Positions 17,451 through 24,000 of a stretch of DNA of 24,000 nt are shown here, in pieces (the first letter of the stretch is position 1; the number at the start of each line of letters is the position of its first letter). Both the position numbers and the translations under genes were made by a program. Source of the DNA: Pseudomonadota bacterium. Its GTDB lineage: Bacteria > Pseudomonadota > Alphaproteobacteria > Acetobacterales > Acetobacteraceae. The DNA lies in NCBI GenBank assembly GCA_021849425.1, contig JAJZSY010000002.1, forward strand, positions 142,524-166,523. Reading direction: 5' to 3'. The notes under the pieces were generated by a model, which ran no database searches, had not been told where the DNA came from, and saw only the letters and a list, made by a program, of their open reading frames with translations.

Positions 17451-18805
17451 CAGGCGGCAACACCGTTATGCGGCGCCGGAACATCGGCGCCGCGCGCGGC
17501 ATAGTCACGCAGCTTGTTGCGCAGCGCGCGGATGGAGATGCCCAGAATGGTTGCCGCATGCGTGCGATTGCCGAGGCAGCGGTTCAACGTCTCCAGGATC
17601 AGCGCCTGTTCGACATCCTCGACCCGCCGCCCGACCAGCGCGCCGATCGTGCCACCGGACGAACGGGCTTCGCCGGCTTCATTCATGCCCGGCGGCTCTC
17701 TCGCTTCACCGGAGAGTCCGATATGCTCGACATCGATCATCGGCCCCGGTGACAGCAGCACCGCACGGTGCATGATGTTTTCAAGCTCGCGCACATTGCC
17801 GCGCCACGAATGGGCAATCAGCCGCTCCACCGCGCGGCTGCTCAGGTGCTTCACCCCCGCCTCGTTCAACCGGGCATAATGCGCGACGAAATGATGCGCG
17901 AGCGGCGCAATATCACCCGGACGCTCACGCAGCGGCGGAATCCGCAGGGCGACGACATTGAGACGAAAGAACAGATCCTCGCGGAAACGGCCATCCGCAA
18001 TCGCGGCACCAAGGTCGGCATTCGTGGCGGCGAGGATACGCACGTCCACCGGCACCGGGCGGTCGCCACCCAGGCGATCGACCGTTCGTTCCTGCAACGT
18101 GCGCAACAGCTTGGCCTGCAGGCGCACATCCATCTCGCCGATCTCGTCAAGCAGAAGGGTGCCGCGATCAGCCGCCTCGAACTTGCCGGCGCGCCGCGCG
18201 ACGGCACCTGAGAAAGCCCCTTTTTCATGACCGAACAGCTCCGATTCCAGGAGCGTGTCGGGGATCGCGGCGCAGTTGAGAGCCACGAAAGGCCCCTTGC
18301 TGCGCCGTGAGCGGCCATGGATGTAGCGCGCCAACACCTCCTTGCCGGTGCCGCTCTCGCCGGTAATCAGGATCGACGCGGTGGACTGCGCCACCTGATC
18401 CGCCTGGGCCAGAACCGCCCGCATGGCCGGATCGCGCGCAATGAACTCACCCTGCTGCTCTGCCGAAACTGCCGACAGAATGGCCGCGATGAGGTCGGAA
18501 TCCGGCGGCAGAGGCAAATACTCCCGCGCTCCGGCACGGATTGCATCAACCGCTGCATCCTCGTCATCCTCGGCGCCGGCTGCGACCACTGTTGTGGTAA
18601 ACCGCTCGGCCGCCAGCCGCTTCATCAGATCGCCCAGATTATGTGCGACATCGCAGATAATGAGGTCGGTTCGTGCATCCGTACGCAGGCTGTGCAGGGC
18701 CGCATCGATGGTCTCCGCCTGGGAAAGCGTCGCACCGCGGGCGGCGGCAATCCGCGCCGCGACGCCGAGTTCACCCGACAGGGAACCGATGATGAGAACC
18801 CGCAT
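17450..18805 (-). CDS. flbD: sigma-54-dependent flagellar transcriptional regulator FlbD (degenerate receiver + AAA+ + Fis-type HTH)
   Basis: 451 aa. The AAA+ core has GESGTGKE (Walker A), GAFSGA (a variant of the sigma-54 contact loop GAFTGA) and LLLDEIGE (Walker B). The C-terminal HTH is NRTHAATILGISIRALRNKL. The N-terminus MRVLIIGSLSGELGVA... and EYLPLPPDSDLIAAILSAV closely resemble my recollection of Caulobacter FlbD. Confidence 0.85.
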   Translation of the reverse strand: MRVLIIGSLSGELGVAARIAAARGATLSQAETIDAALHSLRTDARTDLIICDVAHNLGDLMKRLAAERFTTTVVAAGAEDDEDAAVDAIRAGAREYLPLPPDSDLIAAILSAVSAEQQGEFIARDPAMRAVLAQADQVAQSTASILITGESGTGKEVLARYIHGRSRRSKGPFVALNCAAIPDTLLESELFGHEKGAFSGAVARRAGKFEAADRGTLLLDEIGEMDVRLQAKLLRTLQERTVDRLGGDRPVPVDVRILAATNADLGAAIADGRFREDLFFRLNVVALRIPPLRERPGDIAPLAHHFVAHYARLNEAGVKHLSSRAVERLIAHSWRGNVRELENIMHRAVLLSPGPMIDVEHIGLSGEAREPPGMNEAGEARSSGGTIGALVGRRVEDVEQALILETLNRCLGNRTHAATILGISIRALRNKLRDYAARGADVPAPHNGVAA

Positions 18806-18812
18806 GGCCGTC

Positions 18813-19175
18813 TTACCCGTTACGGTCGGACTTGACGATTTCGGTCATCGTGATGCCAAGCTTGGTTTCATCCAGCATCACGACCTCGCCGCGGGCAATC
18901 AGGCGGTTGTTGACAAAGATGTCGATCGGGTCGCCCGCCTTGCGGTCAAGCTCGACAACGGCGCCGCGACCCAGCTTGAGCAACTGGCTGACCTGCATGG
19001 TCGACCGCCCCAGAACGGCGCTGACAAGCACGGGGATGTCGTAAACCGCTTCCAGATCACGATTCGGACGCTGGGAGTCGCCGCCCTCACCTGCCGGTCG
19101 GCGGGAAACGGGGGCGAGTTGCAGATCCGACAAGGTCTGCCCGTTGGGGGTCGGCTCAGTGATGTCAGATGACAA
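18813..19175 (-). CDS. fliN: flagellar motor switch protein FliN
   Basis: 120 aa. The C-terminal SpoA/FliN domain is AVYDIPVLVSAVLGRSTMQVSQLLKLGRGAVVELDRKAGDPIDIFVNNRLIARGEVVMLDETKLGITMTEIV. The annotated start codon is TTG at 19175, inside the last codons of fliG. There is no in-frame ATG upstream of the conserved domain, so the exact start is uncertain. Confidence 0.85.
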   Translation of the reverse strand: MSSDITEPTPNGQTLSDLQLAPVSRRPAGEGGDSQRPNRDLEAVYDIPVLVSAVLGRSTMQVSQLLKLGRGAVVELDRKAGDPIDIFVNNRLIARGEVVMLDETKLGITMTEIVKSDRNG

Positions 19176-20175
19176 GGTCGTCTTCCTTTCCGGTACCGAT
19201 CTCGATTTCGCCCTGGGCTGCGAGTTCCTTGGCGGTATTCACGATCGTGAGTTGTGCAGCATCGACATCCCGCAGCCTGACGGGACCAAGTGCCTCGATA
19301 TCCTCGCGCAGCATCTTCGCGGCGCGTTCGGTCATGTTGCTCATGAACAGGTCGCGGATCTTTTCCGAAGCCCCCTTCAGGGCAAGCGGCATGATGTCAC
19401 TGTCGACCGAGCGCAGGACGGTCTGGATGTCGCGCGGCGCGAGGCGGATGAGATCCTCGAAGGTAAACATCAGCGAGCGGATGCGGCTTGCGGCTTCCTG
19501 ATTCCGGCTTTCCAGCGCGCTGAACATGCGGCTCTCGACGGTACGATCGAAGGAGTTGAAGATTTCTGCGAGCTTCTCGTGGGGGTCGCGCTGAATGCTC
19601 GAGGCGAGGTTGACCATGAAGTCGACCTTCAGGGTCCGCTCGACATCATCGACCGCTTCGCGCTGCAGCCCTTCGATCGTCAGCATCCGCTCGATCACCT
19701 CGATCGCCAGAGGTTCCGGCAGCAATGCGATGACCCGGGCGGCATGCTCGGCGGTCACCCGGGACAGAACCATTGCCGCCGTCTGCGGGTGTTCATGGCA
19801 GAGATAATCGGACAGGACCGACTCGTTCACCTTGCCGAGCTTGTCCCAGATGTTCTTTCCCGCCGGCCCGTGGATATCCTCAAGAATTTGGTCGACCCTG
19901 CCTGGCGGGATCATCTTGCGCAGCAGCCTCTCGGCCAGCTCCGCCGAGCCCGATACACCCGAAGTCCGCCCCATTCGCCCGGCAAATTCAAGGCAGAGCG
20001 CCTCAATGGTCGTCGCGGGCACCGAACGAAGGGCTACCATGGCGCGCGACACCTCGCGCAGCTCGTCGTCATTGAGCATCGCCATCAGCTTTCCGCCGGC
20101 TTCCTCGCCCAGGGCAAGAATCAGCGCCGCCGCGCGCGCAGGCCCCTTGAGCTGGAGCTCATCCGTCTCGCTCAT
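19165..20175 (-). CDS. fliG: flagellar motor switch protein FliG
   Basis: 336 aa. It has FliG-typical segments: GPARAAALILALGEEAGGKLM, EHPQTAAMVLS, and C-terminal torque-helix region sequence (RDIQTVLRSVD...ALKGASEKIRDLFMSNMTERAAKMLREDIE). Its ATG overlaps the fliF stop (ATGA). Confidence 0.95.
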   Translation of the reverse strand: MSETDELQLKGPARAAALILALGEEAGGKLMAMLNDDELREVSRAMVALRSVPATTIEALCLEFAGRMGRTSGVSGSAELAERLLRKMIPPGRVDQILEDIHGPAGKNIWDKLGKVNESVLSDYLCHEHPQTAAMVLSRVTAEHAARVIALLPEPLAIEVIERMLTIEGLQREAVDDVERTLKVDFMVNLASSIQRDPHEKLAEIFNSFDRTVESRMFSALESRNQEAASRIRSLMFTFEDLIRLAPRDIQTVLRSVDSDIMPLALKGASEKIRDLFMSNMTERAAKMLREDIEALGPVRLRDVDAAQLTIVNTAKELAAQGEIEIGTGKEDDLVI

Positions 20176-21737
20176 TGCACCGGTTCCTGGCCGATCCAGT
20201 CACGCAGCACAGCTACGCTCGCGTCGGGATGCCGCTCGATCAGGTCGGCAATCACCTTCACCGGGTTGGTCTCCTCAACGCCGGCCGGGCCCGCAATGGC
20301 CGCAACTTGATCGCCATCCGCCGCCGATTGTTGTTCGATCGCGACCACGGCCGGTTCAAGAATTCGGCGGACCATCGGCTTGAACACCACCAGCAGTGCC
20401 GCGATGGCAACGCCGGCCGCCAGAACCAGGCGCAGCAACGGCATCAGCAATCCGCTCGAAAGGAACCGGTCGAGGAACGACGGCGCGTGCACCGCCGGTA
20501 GCTGGTTCGGCGCAAACTGCAGCGACTGGACGTCGACGACATCGCCACGCGCCTTGTTGTACCCGATGGCGGTTTTGACGAGGTCGCGGATCTGCGCGAT
20601 CTGCGCGGCCGTGCGGGGTTTCCAAGTCACTTGCCCCTTGGCCCCCTTGGTCGGCACTTCATCAAGCATAACGGCAACGCTGATCCGGGTGATCTGCGGT
20701 GTCGCGTGCACGATATGTTTCACGCTCTGGCTGATCTCGTAATTCGTTGTCTGCGTCGACTTGCTTTGCGTATCCAGCCGCGTCGGCGACGAACTCTTCG
20801 CCTGGGCACCAGGCAGGTTGTTCGAAACGGAAACGGTCTTGTTCGCCCCGTTGCTGCGCGAGCTCTTCGAGCGCGTCTGCTCCTGGCTGCGCACGACCTG
20901 TCCGTTCGGATCGTAGGTGGTCGAGGTCTGGTCGCTGCGGTCGAAATCCATCGAGACGGCAGTAACAACCCGCACCGCGTTCGGCCCGACGACGGCGGCC
21001 AACATCGACCGCACCGCGTCCGACAACTGGCGTTCGGTCGAGCGCTTCAGCGCCGCATCGCGGGCGTTGAGCAGGGAGTCATCGGTGCGTCCGGCCTGGG
21101 CAAGCAGATCGCCCCGGTTGTCGACGATCGATATGTTGGTCGGCTTGAGCCCCGGAACCGCCGAGGCCACGAGGTTGAGAATAGCATCGACACTTTCATG
21201 ATCGAGCGGTGCGGCGCCAGCCAGCGAGAGCATGACACTCGCCTGCGCCGGCGCCGTGCTGAGACTGAATTCGTCCCGTCTTGGCAGCACAACCTGCACG
21301 CGGGATGCCGACACGCCATGGATCAGGTCGATTGTTCGCTCAAGCTCCGAATCGAGGGCGCGGGTTTCGTCGATCCGGTTCAGAAAACTGGAGCCAAGGA
21401 GGGGGTTCTTGTGATCGAATATGGCGAAACCATCGGATGAACCCGCCGGAAGGTTGTGTTGCGCCAGCAGCAGCCGTGCCTCGTCGAGCTGGGCGGGCGT
21501 CACGAGGACGCTATGCCCCCCCTCCCCGATCGCATACGGGATATGTGCAGCCTTCAGTGTCGCGGTGATCTGGCCGGCATCCTTGAGGCCGAGACCCGAA
21601 TACAGCGTTGCCGACGGGGACGGCCCGCCGGTCAGCACCAGCGCTGCCATCAGCCCCAGCACAGCAACCGCCACCGCACCCATGGCACCCAGTTTCACCG
21701 GGCCAAGTGCCTTCAGGTTCGCAATCAGCTGTTTCAT
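20172..21737 (-). CDS. fliF: flagellar M-ring protein FliF
   Basis: 521 aa from ATG 21737 (MKQLIANLKALGPVKLGAMGAV..., a typical FliF N-terminus with TM1). It has YscJ/FliF-family periplasmic domains and a second TM near the C-terminus (LLMPLLRLVLAAGVAIAALLVVF). The track ORF extends 32 codons further upstream, to 21833. Confidence 0.9.
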   Translation of the reverse strand: MKQLIANLKALGPVKLGAMGAVAVAVLGLMAALVLTGGPSPSATLYSGLGLKDAGQITATLKAAHIPYAIGEGGHSVLVTPAQLDEARLLLAQHNLPAGSSDGFAIFDHKNPLLGSSFLNRIDETRALDSELERTIDLIHGVSASRVQVVLPRRDEFSLSTAPAQASVMLSLAGAAPLDHESVDAILNLVASAVPGLKPTNISIVDNRGDLLAQAGRTDDSLLNARDAALKRSTERQLSDAVRSMLAAVVGPNAVRVVTAVSMDFDRSDQTSTTYDPNGQVVRSQEQTRSKSSRSNGANKTVSVSNNLPGAQAKSSSPTRLDTQSKSTQTTNYEISQSVKHIVHATPQITRISVAVMLDEVPTKGAKGQVTWKPRTAAQIAQIRDLVKTAIGYNKARGDVVDVQSLQFAPNQLPAVHAPSFLDRFLSSGLLMPLLRLVLAAGVAIAALLVVFKPMVRRILEPAVVAIEQQSAADGDQVAAIAGPAGVEETNPVKVIADLIERHPDASVAVLRDWIGQEPVQ

Positions 21738-21856
21738 CGGCCGTGGGACCCTGATTTTGAGTCCCGACGCAGCCAGTTGTTGAACTGCATATATCCATCC
21801 TGCGGTTACGACTTTTTGTCGCAGGATCAACATCGCTCAACAGAGTAACTGTTCGG

Positions 21857-22321
21857 TTAACACTCGGCAGAATTTGCCGAGTCGCGTCGCTCCCGAAAAA
21901 ATTGTTGCAATAATGACGCGGCTGCCGTCTCCCCGACGCCGCCAATCACCTCCGGCCGATGATGGCAGGAGGATTGAGCGAAAACCCGTGGCCCGTGCTC
22001 GACTCCACCCGATTTCGGATCATAGGCGCCGAAGATCAGGCGCTGGATGCGGAACAGCGAAATCGCGGCGGCGCAGAGCGGGCAAGGCTCAAGGGTCACA
22101 TAAAGCCGGCAACCCTGCAGAAATTTCCCACCACGCCGCTGCGCCGCCGCCCTGAGCGCCAGCAGCTCGGCATGCGCGGTCGGATCGGCGCGTGCCTCCA
22201 CCTCGTTGCCGGCGGCAGCGAGCACGGCGCCCGCGGCATCGACGACGACTGCGCCGACCGGCACTTCGCCGCGGCGAGCGGCGGCCTCGGCCTCGGCGAG
22301 GGCTTGGCGCATCGGGGTCAC
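21857..22321 (-). CDS. tadA: tRNA adenosine(34) deaminase TadA
   Basis: 154 aa with the CDA-fold zinc motifs HAELLALR and PCPLCAAAI, and an N-terminal EVPVGAVVV segment. The start is GTG 22321 or ATG 22312. Confidence 0.9.
   Translation of the reverse strand: MTPMRQALAEAEAAARRGEVPVGAVVVDAAGAVLAAAGNEVEARADPTAHAELLALRAAAQRRGGKFLQGCRLYVTLEPCPLCAAAISLFRIQRLIFGAYDPKSGGVEHGPRVFAQSSCHHRPEVIGGVGETAAASLLQQFFRERRDSANSAEC
21862..21882. promoter_or_regulatory. Perfect 8-bp dyad with 5-nt spacer, 125-145 nt upstream of the fliF ATG and inside the last codons of tadA; candidate FlbD/EBP-type site or tadA 3' hairpin
   Basis: ACTCGGCA (21862-21869), GAATT, TGCCGAGT (21875-21882). The arms are an exact reverse complement. 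Confidence 0.3.
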
Positions 22322-22366
22322 ATCCGCTCTCTTGCCTTGAGGGCGGGATGAGGTCTAGCTCTGCCC

Positions 22367-23080
22367 ATGAAAAACCGTCCCCTGATCGGACTGACGCTGG
22401 ATGCTGAGCAGCCTGGCGGCTACTCGAAATTCCCCTGGTATGCCCTGCGCGCCAACTATATGGATGCGATCGCCGATTGCGGCGGTGTGCCCGTGGCCTT
22501 GCCGCACCGGGCGGAGCTGGCGCCGGACATGCTGGATGCGATTTCGGCATTGGTGGTTACCGGCGGCGCGTTCGATGTCGACCCCACGCTCTACGGCGAA
22601 GCCGGGCGGCATGAAACCGTGACGCTGAAGGAGGGCCGCACCGCGGCGGAGGCCGCGCTGATCGGCGGCGCGCTCGCCCGCGACATGCCGGTTCTGGGTA
22701 TTTGCGGCGGCGAGCAGCTGCTAGCTGTGGCCCTCGGCGGGACGCTCATCCAGCATATTCCCGATTCGGTGCCCGACGCTCTGCTCCACGAGCAGCCCAA
22801 CCCGCGCAACAAGCCCGGGCACGAAATCGCCATAACGCCCGGAACCCGCCTTGCCGCCATTGTCGGCACAGCCACGATGCTGGTGAACTCGGCGCATCAC
22901 CAGGCGGTGCGCACGCCCGGCCCACGCCTCACCGTCAATGCGCTGGCGCCGGACGGCGTGATCGAGGGGGTGGAATCGGCAACGCACCGGTTCTGCCTCG
23001 GCGTGCAGTGGCATCCGGAATTTCTGATCGACCCGGGCGACCGACGCCTGCTGGAAGCCTTTGTCGAGGCGGCGCGATGA
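22367..23080 (+). CDS. class I glutamine amidotransferase, peptidase C26 / gamma-glutamyl-GABA hydrolase-like
   Basis: 237 aa with the nucleophile elbow LGICGGEQLL and the GVQWHPE His motif. The general layout matches PuuD-like hydrolases. Confidence 0.8.
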   Translation: MKNRPLIGLTLDAEQPGGYSKFPWYALRANYMDAIADCGGVPVALPHRAELAPDMLDAISALVVTGGAFDVDPTLYGEAGRHETVTLKEGRTAAEAALIGGALARDMPVLGICGGEQLLAVALGGTLIQHIPDSVPDALLHEQPNPRNKPGHEIAITPGTRLAAIVGTATMLVNSAHHQAVRTPGPRLTVNALAPDGVIEGVESATHRFCLGVQWHPEFLIDPGDRRLLEAFVEAAR

Positions 23081-23817
23081 CGGATCCGGAAAATGGCGAA
23101 CGTGGCGAGAGGATTGCGAAATTTCTGGCTCGTGCCGGTATCGCCAGCCGCCGGGACGCCGAACGCATGATCGAGGCCGGGCGGATCTCGCTGAACGGCG
23201 CCAAGGTTCTGCACCCGGCAACCTTCATCGCGGCCGGCGATATCGTGCTTGTCGACGGCACGCCGGTGGCAGCCCCGGCGCGCACCCGGCTCTGGCGCTA
23301 CCACAAGCCGGCGGGTCTGCTGACCACGCATCGCGATCCCGAGGGCCGGCCCACAATCTTCGAGCGGATGCCCGCCGAACTGCCCCGCGTGGTGAGCATC
23401 GGCCGGCTCGATCTGAACAGCGAGGGCCTTCTCCTGCTCACCAATGATGGCGCTCTCGCCCGCCAGCTCGAACTGCCGGCGACCGGCTGGCTGCGCCGCT
23501 ATCGCGTGCGGGTGCATGGCACCATCGACCCGGCGCGGCTCGCGGCGCTGAAAGGCGGCCTCGTGGTCGACGGCGTGCGATTTGGCCCGATCGCGGCTGA
23601 AATCGACTCCACCAAGGGTTCGAATTCCTGGCTGTCGGTTGGTCTCAACGAAGGCAAAAATCGTGAAATCCGCAAGGTGATGGCGGCTCTCGGGCTGGAC
23701 ACGACCCGTCTCATCCGCATCGCCTATGGCCCATTCCAGCTCGGCAACCTGCCACGCGGCGCGGTCGCGGAGGTCAACCCCAAGGTGCTCCGCGAGCAAT
23801 TGCCGAAAGCCGGTTGA
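23077..23817 (+). CDS. S4-domain pseudouridine synthase, RsuA/RluB family
   Basis: 246 aa from ATG 23077, which overlaps the previous stop (ATGA). The N-terminal S4 RNA-binding domain is RIAKFLARAGIASRRDAERMIEAGRISLNG. The catalytic motif is GRLDLNSEGLLLLTNDG. The track ORF from 22702 is an upstream extension overlapping the amidotransferase gene. Confidence 0.85.
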   Translation: MTDPENGERGERIAKFLARAGIASRRDAERMIEAGRISLNGAKVLHPATFIAAGDIVLVDGTPVAAPARTRLWRYHKPAGLLTTHRDPEGRPTIFERMPAELPRVVSIGRLDLNSEGLLLLTNDGALARQLELPATGWLRRYRVRVHGTIDPARLAALKGGLVVDGVRFGPIAAEIDSTKGSNSWLSVGLNEGKNREIRKVMAALGLDTTRLIRIAYGPFQLGNLPRGAVAEVNPKVLREQLPKAG

Positions 23818-24000
23818 TGAGCGGCCCGCGGATCATCGCCGGAGCCTGGCGGGGACGTGCCCTTGCCGTGCCGGAGGGCGTCATCACGCGGCCAACCTCC
23901 GGGCGGGTGAAGCAGGCGCTGTTCGACATCCTTCTCCACGCGCCCTGGGCGGAGGGCGCTGTCGCCGATCAGTCGGTGCTGGATGCCTTCGCCGGCTCCG
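23817..24000 (+). CDS. rsmD: 16S rRNA (guanine966-N2)-methyltransferase RsmD, 5' fragment that runs off the window
   Basis: My own translation from ATG 23817 (which overlaps the upstream TGA as TGATG) gives MSGPRIIAGAWRGRALAVPEGVITRPTSGRVKQALFDILLHAPWAEGAVADQSVLDAFAGS. This matches the RsmD N-terminal pattern (RIIgGxxrGrxL.vp...RPT.drvkeaLFn.L....vLDxFAGSG). It is absent from the ORF track because it has no stop within the window. Confidence 0.75.
   Translation, partial: MSGPRIIAGAWRGRALAVPEGVITRPTSGRVKQALFDILLHAPWAEGAVADQSVLDAFAGS

Noticed and set aside
23617-23628. GGTTCGAATTCC, which resembles a tRNA T-arm/T-loop (GGTTCGAATCC).
   Set aside because: The flanking bases do not form a T-stem, and no acceptor or anticodon arms can be drawn. 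The sequence sits in frame inside the pseudouridine synthase CDS (...TKGSNSW...).

Overview
This is a very GC-rich, densely coding chromosomal segment. Gene content and synteny look alphaproteobacterial: addA-trxA, divergent aroK/aroB-xerD, and an FlbD-type flagellar regulator. That assignment is inference only. I support 23 protein-coding genes. They are addA, trxA, an aldo/keto reductase, an exbB-exbD pair, a GlcD/D-lactate-dehydrogenase-like FAD oxidase, a YmdB-like metallophosphoesterase, a cytochrome b561, a DUF429-like predicted RNase-H-fold protein, paiB, a fused aroK-aroB, xerD, a seven-gene flagellar operon (fliF-fliG-fliN-flbD-flhA-flhF-flhG, about 8.1 kb, minus strand), tadA, a peptidase-C26 glutamine amidotransferase, an S4-domain pseudouridine synthase, and the 5' end of rsmD. 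I found no rRNA, tRNA, CRISPR array, transposase, phage integrase or long DNA repeat. Most long ORFs antisense to these genes are GC-driven shadow ORFs. I cannot point to a convincing previously undescribed multi-gene system, and the window reads as conserved core chromosome. Six items are most worth a second look. (1) The flagellar operon couples FlbD to FlhF/FlhG. (2) The FlbD receiver domain is degenerate and FlhF is short with divergent motifs. (3) A 21-bp perfect dyad and a weak CtrA-like repeat lie upstream of fliF. (4) The DUF429-like gene overlaps paiB convergently by 68 nt. (5) AroK is fused to AroB, and a perfect palindrome fills the 27-bp gap to xerD. (6) The ExbB-ExbD pair has no TonB gene in this window and ExbD carries an Ala/Pro-rich tail. 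All family assignments come from reading motifs by eye in the supplied translations; no searches were run.
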